64,000 bases of DNA from Hemiscyllium ocellatum (taxonomy: Eukaryota). Every line of letters starts with the position of its first letter. Position 1 is the first letter of the stretch. Under the pieces are notes generated by a model. It saw only the letters and a list, made by a program, of their open reading frames with translations, was not told where the DNA came from and searched no databases. The stretch is from assembly GCF_020745735.1 (NCBI RefSeq), contig NC_083438.1:38359949-38423948 (forward strand). The letters run 5' to 3'. Both the position numbers and the translations under genes were made by a program. Of this stretch, positions 36,497-49,899 are shown one piece after another.

Positions 36497-37030
36497 AGTG
36501 GCTCAGTGGGTAGCACTGATGCCTCACGGCGCCAGGGACCCGGGTTCAATCCCACCCTCGGGTACCAGCCTGTGTGGAGCTTTCACATTCGCCCTGTGTC
36601 TGCGTGGGTTTCCTCTGGGTGCTCCAGTTTCCTCCCACAGTCCAAAGATGTGCTGGTTAGGGTGGATTGGCCTTGGGAAAATGTTCCATAGTGCCCAGGG
36701 ATGTGTAGGTTAGGGTGGATTGGCCATGGGAAATTGTCCCATAGTGTCCAGGGAGGTGCAGGTTAGGGTGGATTGGCCATGGGAAATTGTCCCATAGTGT
36801 CCAGGATATGCAGGTTAGGGTGGATTGGCCATTGGAAATTGTCCCATAGTGCCATGGGATGTACAGGTTAGCGTGGATTGGCCATTGGAAATTGTCCCAT
36901 AGTGCCCAGGGATGTGCAAGCTCGATGGGTTAGCAGTTGGAAGTGTAGTGTCACGGGAATAGGGTCGGGGGAAAGTGTGCTTTTCTGATGCTCAATGTGG
37001 ACTCAATGGGCAAATAGCCTGCTTCCACTT
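36497..37030 (+). repeat. V-SINE with 53-bp array (about 5 units)
   Basis: Head at 36497-36650, units at 36650-36920, then a degenerate tail. Confidence 0.85.
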
Positions 37031-37193
37031 TGTAGGGAATGATTCAACACAGCTGATTATTTGGACAGGAACATTCTGAGTGGGCAGTAATCAATCCAAA
37101 TTGAAATGATGCACTATTGAATACCTGTAATGAGTTGAAGTAGCAGTCGATATATAAGAAAATGCTTCCATGTTTCAGTGTGAAAGTATTTAC

Positions 37194-37304
37194 CTGCTGA
37201 CTTGTGTCGTTTCTGGATGAGTAGAGCAATTGTCAATGCAACCACAGCGATCACCAGCACTCCCACTATCACCCATGGAATGATGAGCTTGCTATCGGTA
37301 TGAC
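37194..37304 (-). CDS. Gene B transmembrane exon
   Basis: Acceptor ctttgtgttttcacag| and donor gcag|gtaaat; 111 nt, phase 1-1. Encodes GHTDSKLIIPWVIVGVLVIAVVALTIALLIQKRHKSA: an uncharged TM helix followed by a basic stop-transfer stretch. Confidence 0.9.
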
Positions 37305-38619
37305 CTGTGAAAACACAAAGAGAAGGGAATGGGGAGTGAACAAGGCAATTGGACACCGACTGGCAAGAATCTCCTTTATAAGGTTCCTCCACATAAGCGT
37401 GTTTCGGTTCTCAATGTTCCTGTTTCCTCTGATGGCCCATTGCAGTGGACAGCTGTCATTTCCCTTAATATGAAGACCCTCATGGCACTCAGTGATTGAG
37501 CGAGACACACAACACGTGTTGGAAGCAGTGATTGCAATGTGCAGACACAGATGTAGAGGGGGGAGCAGCAGTGACTGTGGACAGGCAATGCTCGTGGATA
37601 AAGGTGTTCAACTCGGGTGACGAATACTGGGAGATTACCATCATCTTGACATCAGTGATGTGACGGATGTTGCACTTCGGAAAGTCAAAACAACATTGGA
37701 CTTATACAGGAAAGACTGAGGAGTGTTGTAGAACAGAGGGACGGGGGACTTCAAGTTTATAGTCAGTTGAAAGTGGTGTCACAGGTAGACAGGGCAGTGC
37801 AGAAGGCAGTTGGCATGCTGGCTTTCATTGGTCAAGGCATTGAATATCGGAGTTGGGATGTGATGTTACAGTTGTATCAGTCAGCGGTTTTTGAGATGAT
37901 TTGTGTCTCAGGTTGATGATATGGATGTAGGTTAGCTCGTTGAGCCGGAAGGTTTGTTTTCAGACGCTTCGTCACCGTGACCTCATCAGTGAGATCCTTC
38001 GGTGAAGTTGTGTAAGCTGTTGGTGAGGCCACACATGGATTATTGTGCATCGTTTTGGTCACCCTGTTACAGGAACGGTATAGTTAAACAGAAAAGAATG
38101 TAAAGAAGATTGATGGGGCTATTGCCTGAGTTACAGGCAGAGGTTGGCCAGTATCGGATTTTATCCTTCGACCGTCGGAGAATGAAAGGCGATCTTATTG
38201 AGGTGTATAAAACATGAGGGGCACTGATAGGATGTATGCAGATAGTTTTTTTTTCCCAGGAATGGGGATTTGGAAACTTAAGGGCACTGGGTAAAGGTGA
38301 GAAGGGAAGCATTTAAGAAGGACATCAGGGGCAAATTCTTTATGTAGAGCGGTGCGTGTATGGAATGGGCTGCCAGAGAAAGTGGGTGAGGCAGGTACAA
38401 CAGCAACATTTCAAAACCATTTGGACAGACACCTGGATGGGAAGGGATTAGAGGGATATGGAGCAAATGCGGGCAATTGGAACTAGCCGATTGGGCCAGC
38501 ATGGACCAGTTTGGGCTGAACGGCCTGTTTCCATGCTGTATTACTCTAAGACTCTAAACAGTAAGGCAATAAGCAAGATTGCTTTCCATACATATCCCAA
38601 GAATGTGTTTTTCCATGTA

Positions 38620-38930
38620 CAGGTACATAATCCCTGATCAGAAACCCTTGGGGCCAGCTGGTGTTCGGAATTCAGAATTTTTTTGGGATTTCGGAATAAG
38701 TGACAGCTTAACAGTGAAAGTTGAAGAAATCTTACCGAACAGCAGACCCACCTGTGAGCACGGTGACCCCTGAGACAGGATTGATGCCTGCCTGGGTCAG
38801 GTGGGTGTGGAGTTGGGTTAACTGTTTGCAAACCAAACAACCTTGTTATAGAGAAAAACCTTCACAAGGAAAATTTCAGATTCCGGATCTCTTTGGATTT
38901 CAGGATTTCGGATAAAGGATTGTGTATCTG
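38620..38930. mobile_element. Tc1/mariner (Tigger/pogo-type) MITE
   Basis: TA|caggtacataatccctgatcaga ... tcggataaaggattgtgtatctg|TA: imperfect 23-bp terminal inverted repeats (TIRs) with TA on both sides; 311 bp, non-coding. Confidence 0.78.
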
Positions 38931-39204
38931 TACCGTTTATTGCTACTGATTCATTGTCACATCTTGTATCTGCCCATTAACGTACGACTGGGGCTCCTGT
39001 GGTATAGTGGTAATGCCACATCTCTGAGCCAGAAGGACTGTGTTCAAATCCCCTACACAAGTGTGTAATACCACCACTGATCAGGGAACAAATATCATAC
39101 AATACTTACAGTGCAGAAAGAGGCCATTTGACCCATCAGGTCTGCATCAACCCTGCAAATACCATCTTCCCAGATCACCAATCTGTACATTCCCAGACAT
39201 CACA

Positions 39205-39742
39205 GGGCACGGACAATCCACCCTAACCTGCACATCCCTGGACGCTATGGGATAATTTCCCATGACCAATTCACCCTAACCTGCACATCCCTGGGCATTG
39301 TGGGACAATTTCCCATGGCCAATCCACCCTAACCTGCACATCCCTGGACACCATGGGAAATTTAGCATGGCCAATTCATCCTAACCTACACATCCCTGAG
39401 CACTATGGGACAATTTCCTATAGCCAATCCACCTTAACTTGCACATCCCTGGACACTATGGCACAATTTCCCATAGCCAATCCACCCTAATCTGCACATT
39501 CCTGGACACTATGGGACAATTTCCCATGGCCAATCCACCCTAACCTACACATCCCTGGACGCTATGGGATAATTTCCCATGGCCAATCCACCCTAGCCTG
39601 CACATCCCTGGACACTATGGGACAATTTCCCATGGCCAATCCACCCTTACCTGCACATCCTTGGGATCTGTGGGACAATTTCCCATGGCCAATCCACCCT
39701 AACCTGCACATCCCTGGGCACTAAGGGACAATTTCCCATGGA
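39205..39742 (-). repeat. 53-bp SINE-derived array (about 10 units)
   Basis: Same unit; truncated by the Penelope-like insertion at 39745. Confidence 0.9.
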
Positions 39743-39744
39743 GA

Positions 39745-40575
39745 TAGTGAGGTCTGCAGATGCTGGAGATCAGAGCTGAAAATGTGTTGCTGGAAAAGCA
39801 CAGCAGGTCAGGCAGCATCCAAGGAGCAAGAGAATCGACGTTTCGGGCATACGCTCTTCTTCAGGAATGAGGCTGGTGTGCCAGGCAGGTTGAGATAAAA
39901 TGTGGGGAGGGAGGGAATTTGGGGGAGGGGCGTTGGAAATGCGATAGGTGGAAGGAGGTTAAGGTGAGGGTGATAGGCCAGAGTGGGGGTGGGGGCGGAG
40001 AGGTCAGGAAGAAGATTGCAGGTTAGGAAGGTGGCGCTGAGTTCGAGGGTTGGGACTGAGACAAGGTGGGGGGAGGGGAAATGGGGAAGCTGGAGAAATT
40101 TGAGTTTCGTCTCTTGTGGTTGGAGGGTTCCTAGGCGGAAGATGAGCCGCTCTTCCTCCAACCGTCGTGTTGCTATGGTCTGGCGATGGAGGAGTCCAAG
40201 GACCTGCATGTCCTTGGTGGAGTGGGAGGGGGAGTTGAAGTGTTGAGCCACGGGGTGGCTGGGTTGGTTGGTCCGGGTGTCCCAGAGGTGTTCTCTGAAA
40301 CATTCCGCAAGTAGGCGACCTGTCTCCCCTCTACAGCCTATCATCCTCTCCCTCACCTCCTTCCACCTATTGTATTCCCAGTGCCCCTCCCCCAAATTCC
40401 CTCCCCCCTATCTTTGATCTCATCTTGCTTGGCACACCAGCCTCATTCCTGAAGAAGAGCTTATGCCCGAAATGTCGATTCTCGTGCTCCTCGGATGCTG
40501 CCTGACCTGCTGTGTTTTCCCAGCAACACATTTTTCAACTCTGGTCTCCAGCATCTGCAGTCCTCACTTTCTCCC
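39745..40575. mobile_element. Penelope-like (GIY-YIG) fragment with inverted arms of about 240 bp
   Basis: Minus ORF contains GETGRLLAECFREHL...HPVAQHFNSPSH...RRLEEERLIFRLGTLQP; arms at about 39745-39980 and 40335-40575 are reverse complements. Confidence 0.85.
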
Positions 40576-41460
40576 AGAAACTCAACTGGACCAACCACAT
40601 AAACACAGCGGCTCCAAGAGCAGGTCAGAGGCTGAGAATTCTGCAGCGAGTAACTCCCCTCCTGACTCTCCCCAAAGCCTGTCCCACCATTGACAAGGCC
40701 CAAGGCAGGAGGGGGAGGGAATACTCCCCACTTGCCCCTGGATGGGGGCAGCTCCAACAACACTCGAGAAGCTCGACACCATCCAGGGACAAAGCAGCCC
40801 CCACTGGATTGGCCCCACACCCACAAACATCCCCTCCCTCCCCCCACCGACGCTCAGTAACAGCAGTATGTACCATCCCCTCCCTCCCCCCACCGACGCT
40901 CAGTAACAGCAGTGGGTACCATCCCCTCCCTCCCCCCACCGACCCTCAGTAACAGCAGTTTGTACCATCCCCTCCCTCTCCCACCCCCCCCCAGTAACAG
41001 CAGTGTGTACCATCCCCTCCCTCCCCCCACCGACACTCAGTAACAGCAGTGTGTACCATCCCCTCCCTCTCCCACCCCCCCTCAGTAACAGCAGTGTGTA
41101 CCATCCCCTCCCTCCCCCACCACCCCTCAGTAACAGCAGTGTGTACCATCCCCCCCCCAGTAACAGCAGTGTGTACCAGCTACAAGATGCTCTGCAGAAA
41201 CTCACCAAAGACCCTCAGGCAGCACCTTCCAAACCCGTGACCTCTCCCAGTCAGACAGGGGCAGGAGGTAGCTGGGAACAGCTCTCCCTCCAGGTTCCAA
41301 CAGCCAATGTATCGCTGTTCCATCGTTCCCGCTGCTCCAACAGCCTGGATGTGAGCATGCCCACACGGCTTGTACAGCAGTATTACAGACAGCCAACCGA
41401 CCCTCACCTTCTCCAGGAATACATAGGGAAGGGGAATAAATGCTGGGTCATAGAGAGGCA
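40575..41460 (+). mobile_element. Second copy of the CR1/L2-clade element with C-rich minisatellite
   Basis: Colinear with 5230-6200 and 61070-62400. Confidence 0.85.
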
Positions 41461-41519
41461 CCCACGTTCATGTGAACGGAAAGACATTGTTTCTTCAGGC
41501 TGGCCAGGAGGTTTCAAAG

Positions 41520-44005
41520 CATAGAGTCATAGAGATGTACAGCACGGAAACAGATCCTTCGGTCCAACCCGTCCATGCCATCCAGATATCCCAACCCAAT
41601 CTAGTCCCACCTGCCAGTACCAGGCCATATCCCTCCAAACCCTTCCTATTCATATACCCATCCAAATGCCTCTTAAATAATGCAATTGTACCAGCCTCCA
41701 CCACTTCCTCTGGCAGCTCATTCCATACACGTACCACCCTCTGCGTGAAACGTTGCCCCTGAGGTCTTTTTTATATCTTTCCCCTCTCACCCTAAACCTA
41801 TGGCCTCTAGTTCTGGACTCCCCGACCCCAGGGAAAAGACTTTGTCTATTTACCCTATCCATGCCCCTCATAATTTTGTAAACCTCTATAAGGTCACCCC
41901 TCAGCCTCCGACACTCCAGGGAAAACAGCCCCAGCCTGTTCAGCCTCTCCCTATAGCTCAGATCCTCCAACCCTGGCAACATCCTTGTAAATCTTTTCTG
42001 AACCCTTTCAAGTTTCACAACATCTTTCCAATAGGAAGGATACCAGAATTGCACACAATATTCCTACAGTGGCCTAACCAATGTCCTATAAAGCCGCAAA
42101 TTACCTCCCAACTCCTGTACTCAATACTCTGACCAATAAAGGAAAGCATACCAAACACCTTCCTCACTATCCTATCTACCTGCGACTCCACTTTCAAGGA
42201 GCTATGAACCTACACTCCAAGGTCTTTTTGTTCAGCAACATTCCCCAGGACCTTACCATTAAGTGGATAAGTCCTGCTAAGATTTGCTTTCCCAAAATGC
42301 AGCACCTCCCATTCATCTGAATTAAACTCCATCTATCACTTCTCAACCCATTGGCCCATATATAAGTGACAAAAAGTAGAGGACCCAGCACCGATCCTTG
42401 TGGCACTCCACTGGTCACAGGCCTCCAGTCTGAAAAACAACCCTCTACCACCACCCTCTGTCTTCTACCTTTGAGCCAGTTCTGCATCCAAATGGCTAGT
42501 TCTCCCTGTATTCCATGCGATCTAACCTTGCTAATCAGTCTCCCATGGGGAACCTTGTCAAACGCCTTACTGAAGTCCATATAGATCACATCTACTGCTC
42601 TGCCCTCATCAATCATCTTTGTTACTTCTTCAAAAAACTCAATCAAGTTTGTGAGACATGATTTCCCAAGCACAAAGCCATGTTGACTATCCCTAATCGA
42701 TCCTTGCCTTTCCAAATACATGGACATCCTGTCCCTCAGGATTCCCTCCAACAACTTGCCCACCACCGAGGTCTGGCTCACTGGTCTATAGTTCCCTGGC
42801 TTGTCTTTACCGCCATTCTTAAACAGTGGCACCACGTTTGCCAACCTCCAGTCTTCCGGCTTCTCACCTGTGACTATCGATGATACAAATATCTCAGCAA
42901 GAGGCCCAGCAATCACTTCTCTAGCTTCCCACAGAGATCTCGGGTACGCCTGATCAGGTCCTAGGGATTTATCCACCTTTAACCGTTTCAAGACATCCAG
43001 CACTTCCTCCTCTGTAATCTGGACATTTTGCAAGATGTCACCATCCATTTCCCTACAGTCTATATCTTCCATATCCTTTTCCACAGTAAATACTGATGCA
43101 AAATATTTATTTAGTATCTCCCCCATTTTCTGTGGCTCAACACAAAGGCCGCCTTGCTGATCTTTGAGGGGCCCTATTCTCACCCTAGTTACCCTTTTGT
43201 CCTTAATATATTTGTAAAACCCTTTGGATTTGCCTTAATTCTATTTGCCAAAGCTATCTCATGTCCCCTTTTTGCCCTCCTGATTTCCCTCTTAAGTATA
43301 CTCCTACTTTCTTTATACTCTTTTAAGGATTCACTCGATCTATTCTGCCTGTACCTGACATTTGCTTCCTTCTTTTTCTTAACCTAACCCTCAATTTCAT
43401 TCGTCATCCAGCATTCCCTATACCTACCAGCCTTCCCTTTCATCCTGACAGGAATATACTATCTCTGGATTCTTGTTATCTCATTTCTGAAGGCTTCCCA
43501 TTTTCCAGCCGTCCCTTTACCTGCGAACATCTGCCTCCAATCAGCTTTCGAAAGTTCTTGCCTAATACCGTCAAAATTGGCCTTTCTCCAATTTAGAACT
43601 TCAACTTTTAGATCTGGTCTATCCTTTTCCATCACTATTTTAAAACAAATAGAATTATGGTCGCTGGCCCCAAAGTGCTCCCCCACTGACACCTCAGTCA
43701 CCTGCCCTGCCTTATTTCCCAAGGTCAAGTTTTGCACCTTCTCTAGTAGGTACATCCACATACTGAATCAGAAAATTGTCTTGTACACACTTAAGAAATT
43801 CCTCTCCACCTAAACCCTTAACACTATGGCAGTCCCAGTTGATGTTTGGAAAGTTAAAATCCCCTACCATAACCACCCTATTATTCTTACAGATAACTGA
43901 GATGTCCTTACAAGTTTGTTTCTCAATTTCCCTCTGACTATTGAGGGGTCTATAATACAATCCCAATAAGGTGATCATCCCTTTCTTATTTCTCAGTTCC
44001 ACCCA
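41520..44005 (-). mobile_element. Large CR1/HER1 LINE (endonuclease end plus RT, disrupted)
   Basis: ORF 42194-43183 has NYRPVS, QHGFV.GKSCLTNL, DFSKAFDKVPH and GVPQGSVLGPLLF; the FADD region is deleted near 42360; endonuclease remnants at 43459-44020; frameshifted. Confidence 0.95.
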
Positions 44006-44139
44006 AAGCAACTGAAACACCCACAGCAGGATATCCCCCCTCAGAGAAAATTCAGGAGAAATACGAAACTGTGGAACAAGCCTTTATGTCCCACCCTTCA
44101 TGATCTTATTGACAACGCAGGGTGACAGAAAATAAAATG

Positions 44140-45195
44140 AAGGATAAGAGAGGGTGATGGTAGAGGGTTGTTTTTCAGACTGGAGGCCTGTGACCATGGA
44201 GTGCCACAAGGATCGGTGCTGGGCCCTCTACTTTCCATCATTTGTACAAAGGATTTGGATGTGAACATGGGAGGAATGGTTCGTAGGTTTGCAGATGACA
44301 CCAAAATTGGAGGTGTAGTGGACAGCGAAGAAGGTTACCTCAGAATACAACGGGATCTTGATCAGATGGGCCAATGGGTTGAGGAGCAGCAGATGGAGTT
44401 TAATTTAGATAAATGCGAGGTGCTGCATTTTGAAAAGGCAAATCAGGGCAGGACTTATACACTTAATGGTAAGGTCCTGGGGAGTGTTGCTGAACAAAGA
44501 GACCTTGGAGTGCAGGTTCATAGCTCCTTGAAAGTGGAGTCTCAGGTAGACAGGATAGTCAACAATGCGTTTGGTATGCTTTCCTTTATTGGTCAGAGTA
44601 TTGAGTACAGGAGTTGGGAGGTCATGTTGTGGCTGTACAGGACATTGGTGAGGCCACTTTTGGAATACTGTGTTCAACTCTGGTCTCCCTGCTACAGGAA
44701 AGATGTTGTGAAATCTGAAAGGGTTCAGAAAAGATTTACAAGAGTGTTTGTGGGTCTGAGCTACAGGAAGAGGCTGAACAGGCTGGGGCTGTTTTCCCTG
44801 GAGCGTCAGAGGCTGAGGGGTGACCTTATAGAGGTTTATAAAATCATGAGGGGGCAAGGATAGGATAAATAGACAAAGTCTTTTCCCCAGGGTGGGGGAG
44901 TCCAGAATAAGAGGGCATAGGTTTAGGGTGAGAGGGGAAAGATATAAAAGAGACCTAAGGGGCAACTTTTTCACCCAGAGGGTGGTACGTGTATGGAATG
45001 AGCTGCCAGAGGAAGTTGTGGAGGCTGGTACAATTACAACATTTAAGAGGAATTTGGATGGGTATATGAATAGGAAGGGTTTGGAGGGATATGGGCCGGC
45101 TGCTGGCAGGTGGGACTAGATTGGGGTGGGATATCTGGTTGGCATGGATGGGTTGGACCGAAGGGTCTGTTTCCGTGCTGTCCATCTCTATGACT
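44140..45195 (+). mobile_element. CR1/HER1 LINE RT C-terminus and 3' UTR
   Basis: ORF 44168-44863 has GVPQGSVLGPLL and RRFADDTKIGG; the tail ends in ctctatgactc. Confidence 0.95.
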
Positions 45196-46091
45196 CTGTG
45201 AACAGCCCAGTATTATTCGGCATGGTGAGGGTTAATGCCACGGGGTGAAGGGTCACTGAGAGAAGTGTGTGCACATACCAGAGGGATATCGGAGAGCAGG
45301 AAGTGGAAGACACAAAGAATTACCTTTGTCCCCGGCTCTGATAAACGGATGAGGGAAACAGGGGACCCTGAGTCTGTGAGTGTTTGAGATAAACCGCAGT
45401 TAGGTAACGGGGAGTCACCGCACAGTTTCAGGTCAGAACTCAAAGCCCTGTCAGTGCAAGTCCATAAACCTTTTTAACAGAAGTCCCGGACACTCACTGG
45501 GATAACTTCAGATCAAATTCCACAGGTCAGTGGTCAGGTTTGTAGCTTCGAACCCATCAGGTTACTAAATGTCACTTAGTGACAGCTAATTAGACAGCGA
45601 AGTCTTTAAACCACCGTGTAATCCTGTGGGAAAATACATTCACTTTCAACTGCTTCCAACTTGGAGAGATTTCGCTTCAAATACCTGTGTCTGCTGAACT
45701 GTAGGGAGGTTGTATTTTGGACGTTATTTGGCCTCCTGAACAGTCAGATTTAAAGATTAACTTTGTACGTGTCACATGTTCTGACTGGTTAGTGATAGAT
45801 CAGTTACCCTCTGGGAATGGGGGCTCGTGCTTGTACTTTGTGAGTAAAAGTCACCGCTGTTTAGTAACTCAGCTTTGAGCTGTTCCCCGGAGCCATGTGA
45901 ACAGACCACAGCTCCCTGGGACCTGCCCTGCTCAGGGTCAGACGTTGGATTCTTTAACTCGGTTCCTCTCCACCTTTTGGCCAAATGCACCACCCTCTTT
46001 GATTGGTCAATGCTCACTGTTGACCACATCCCTGTTGGTTAGCAGAATGAAAGCCCAGTGATGCGCTCCGAGAGACTGCGGTGTGGTGTAC

Positions 46092-46240
46092 CTGTATCGC
46101 TCGGTCTCAGCAAAACTTCCAACCGGCCCACTCCTGTCCCAATTGTGTTGGTAGCTTCACATGTCCAGTTGCCGTTTGCCTGAGCGCTCATTTCCCCAAT
46201 GATGGCCACTTCATCTCTGATCACCGCTCCTTCTGGTAAC
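46092..46240 (-). CDS. Gene B D3 second half exon
   Basis: Acceptor cctttgtaattcacaag| and donor acag|gtacac; 149 nt, phase 2 to 1. Encodes LPEGAVIRDEVAIIGEMSAQANGNWTCEATNTIGTGVGRLEVLLRPSDT, with the CEATN.IG motif; the split D3 is typical of nectin genes. Confidence 0.88.
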
Positions 46241-46289
46241 CTTGTGAATTACAAAGGAAGATAATCACAGCGAATCCACATTTAAACTC

Positions 46290-47150
46290 ACAGGGACATA
46301 CAGACCCTTCGGCCCAACTCGTCCATGCCAACCCAGATATCCTAATCTCATCTAGTCCCACTTGCCAGCACCTGGCCCATATCCCTCCAAACCCTTCCTA
46401 TTCATATACCCATCCAGATGCCTTTTAAATGTTGTCATTGTACCAGCCTCCACCACTTCCTCTGGCAGCTCATTCCATACACGTACCACCCTCTGGGTGA
46501 AAAAGTTGCCCCTTAGGTGTCTTTTATATCTCAAGCTAAACCTATGCCCTCTAATTCTGGACTCCTCCACCCCAGGGAAAAGACTTTGTCTATTTACACT
46601 ATCCATGCCCCTTATGATTTTATAAACCTCTATCAGGCCACCCCTCAGCCTCCCACGCTCCAGGGAAAACACCCCCAGCTGATTCAGCCTCTCCCTCTAG
46701 CTCCAAACCTCCAACATCCTTGTAAATCTTTTATGAACCCTTTCAGGTTTCACAACATCTTTCCGGTAGGAGGGAGAGTCGAGTTGAACGTTGTATTCTG
46801 AAAGTGACCTCACCAATGTCTTATCCAGCCACAATGTGACCTCCCAACTCCTGTGAGAAGTTTGAAGAGTGAGGGGAAATCTTACAGAAACATATAAAAT
46901 GATGAAGGGAGTAGATAAGGTAGAAGCAGGGAGGATGTTTCCACTGGTGGGTGACGCTAGAACTAGGGGCATAGCCTCAAACTCAGGGGGGAGTAGATGG
47001 GAGCCGACTGAGTTAAGGAGGAATGGCTTCACCCACAGGGTTGTGAATCTGTGGGATTCCCGGCCCAGGGAAGCAGTTGAGGCCACCTCATTGGCTGTTT
47101 TCTAGGTCAAGATAAGTAGACTTTTTGGGACAGGGAAGGAATGAAGGGTT
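46290..47150. mobile_element. CR1 3' fragments (46290-46860 minus; 46860-47150 plus)
   Basis: FSLERGRLRGGLIEVYKI and FTHRVVNLW motifs. Confidence 0.85.
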
Positions 47151-47219
47151 ATGGTGAGAGAGCGGGCAGGGAAACGGAGGAAGAGAAAGTGAGTACGGCA
47201 TATTCTGGGGATCAAAGTG

Positions 47220-48450
47220 CGGTGCTGGAAAAGCACAGCAGGTCAGGCAGCGTCCGAGGAGCAGGAGAATCGACATTTCGGGCATGATCACTTCATCAGG
47301 GGTGTGGTGCTGAGTTCATGAAAAGATCAGCCATGATGTTATTGAAAGGTGGAGCGGGCTCAATGGGCAATTCCAAATCCATCTTCTTATGTTCTTATCC
47401 TCAATACTCTCGGACACCTCCCTCCCTTTCCTGTACCTCTTCAACACCGTTTCTTGTGACTGACTCAACATGGACGTCTACTACTAACCCACTGACTCCC
47501 ACAGCTACCTGGACTGCACCTCCTCCCACCCTGCCTCCTGTAAGAACGCCACCCCTTATTCCCAATTCCTCCACCGCATCTACTCCCTGGAGGACCAATT
47601 CCACCATTGAACATCTCAGATGGTCTCCTTCTTTAAGGACCGCAGTTTCCCCTCCCACATGGTCAACAATCCCCTCCAGCACATCTCCTCCACTTCCCAC
47701 ATCTCTGCCCGCGAACCCCATCCCTCCAAGTGCAACAAGGACAGATCCTCCCAGGCCTCACCTTTGACCTCACCAACCTTCGGATACAACGCATCATCCT
47801 CCACCATTTCCACCACCTACAAGCAACCCCACCATCAGGGATCCATTTCCCTCCCCACCCCTATCTGCATTAGGTCCATGTCCCCCACTAACCCACACTC
47901 CATTCCTGGCACCTTCCTTTGCCACTGCAAGATGTGTAAAACCTGCGCTCCACTCCTCCCCCCAATTCCATCCAAGGCCCCAAAGGATCCTTCCTGCTGT
48001 ACATCTGCACACCTCATCCACTGTGTCTGTTGCTCTCGATATGGTCTCCTAGATACTGGGGAGACAGGATACCGCTTGTGGGCCGTTTCAGAGAACATCT
48101 CTGGGACACACACACTAAACAACCCCACCATCCTGTGGCTGAACACTCCAGCTCCCCCTTCCACTCTGCCAAGGACATGCAGATCCTGGGCCTCCTCCAT
48201 CGCCAAACCCTTACCACCTGACGCCTGGAGGAAGAACGCCTCGTCTTCCGCCTTCAATCACAAAGGATCGATGTCAAGTTTCCTAATCTTTCCCTCCCCC
48301 CACCTTATCCCAGATCCAACCCTCCAACTCAACGCCGCCCTCTTGAACTGTCCTATCTGTCCATTTTCCTTCCCTATCCACTTCACCATCCACTTCAACC
48401 TATCACCATTATCCCCCAGCTTCATCCACGGATCGCATCTGCAAATCTTT
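47220..48450 (+). mobile_element. Degenerate Penelope-like GIY-YIG region
   Basis: Remnants of TSAHLIHCVCCSRYGLLDTGETG and FREHLWDTHTKQPHHPVAEH, similar to 39808-40395. Confidence 0.75.
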
Positions 48451-49110
48451 GAGACGTTTTGTAGCTCAGGTTGAGGTTCAGGTTGGTTATGTTGCTGAGT
48501 TGGCAGGATCATTTTCAGATGTTTCGTCACCATGCTTGGTGACATCATCAGTGAGCCTCGGTGAAGCGTTGGTGTTATGTCCCACTTTTTATTTGTGTGT
48601 CTTGGTCTGATACAATGGGGGAGGGGGTATCATTTCTGGGTCTTTTTCTCAGAGGTTGGTAAATAGGGTCCACATCGATGTGTTTGTTAGTGTAGTTCTA
48701 GTTTGAAGTTCTTTAGGAATTCCCATGTGTGTCTCTGTTTAACCTGTCCTAGAATGGATGAGTTATCCCAGTCGAACTGGTGTCCTTCATCATGTGTGGA
48801 AGAAGATGAGTGATAGCTGGTCATGTCTTTCGGTAGCGAGTAGGTGTTTGTGTATCCTGCTGGCTAGTTTCCCACCTGTTTGCCTGATGTAGTGTTTGTA
48901 CCAGTCCTTGCCGGGTATTTTGTAAACAATATTCGTTCTGTTGGTTGTAGGTTCGTCAGCAGCTGTTTTAATGTTCACATTGAGACCCAGAATCAGAAAT
49001 AGAAAGTGGGACAATGACATCAGGGCTTCACCAGAGGCTCACTGATGATGTTACCACGCATGGTGATGAAACGTCTGAGAACACATCGACCTGCTAAGCG
49101 AGCAAACCTA
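48450..49110. mobile_element. Penelope-like element with inverted arms and GIY-YIG remnant
   Basis: Minus ORF NIVYKIP.KD..KHYI.QTG.KLASRIHKH (VY...YIG-type); arms at about 48480-48600 and 48985-49110. Confidence 0.85.
49038..49079 (+). ncRNA. Minimal hammerhead ribozyme motif
   Basis: ctca-CTGATGA-tgttacca/cgca/tggtgat-GAAAC-GTC-tgag with a 4-bp stem I; a mirror copy on the minus strand at about 48515-48555. Confidence 0.75.
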
Positions 49111-49899
49111 CGACCTGACCTGATCACATTCCCAGCGACCTGCCCCCTAACACAAGCCCCCTCCCATTTCTCTGTCAGGCCCCTTGGGGCCCCCTTTCAT
49201 TCCTGAAGAGCTTATGCTAAAACAACTGACTCTCCTGCTGCCTGACCTGCTGTGCTTTTCCAGCGCCACACTGTCTGCAGTCCTCACTTTCTCCTACTCC
49301 ATACACTGATCAATAAAGGAAAGCATTCCAGGTGTCGTCTTCATTACCCTGTCTACCCGCGACTCCACTTTCAAGGGACTCCCCAAGGTCTGCTTGTTTA
49401 AGGGAAAGTCTGATATCTTCACAAGCTCAGGGTAATTTAAATGTTGGATCCTAGAAAGAGACCAGCTCTTCAGAGAGACCTGTGGATTCCACCAAACGCC
49501 TGATGACACTGCTGAACAATTCCAGGTCAAGTACCCACTGGGTCTATCACATGGTACGCTGCATCGGCCAATGGCGAAACTCATCCCAGGATTTCTGATG
49601 CAGTCCTTGGTTCACCAATCCAGCTCGATGTCTGAATCACTGACCGGCAGGGGCAGGATTGAGGAGGGAGCAGCCGATTGGAGACTATACCTTTATCTTA
49701 GGGCTCAATGGATCATATGGTAATGGAGACTTTGGGAGTCTGACCTCAGGGATTCCCTGAAACCTGACGTGCAGGTTCAGTTGGCAGTTAGGAAGGTAAA
49801 TGCAATGTTAGCATTCATTGCGAGAGGGCTAGAATACAAGAGTAGAGATGTACTGCTGAGGCTGTGTAAGGCACTGGTAAGGAAGGACCCTTCCTCAGG

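Noticed and set aside
37114-37124. Acceptor 69 nt after the TM exon giving a ...KSAGIQ* tail
   Set aside because: The intron is very short, and the downstream YINV/ITAM exon chain fits much better. A minor tailless isoform cannot be excluded.
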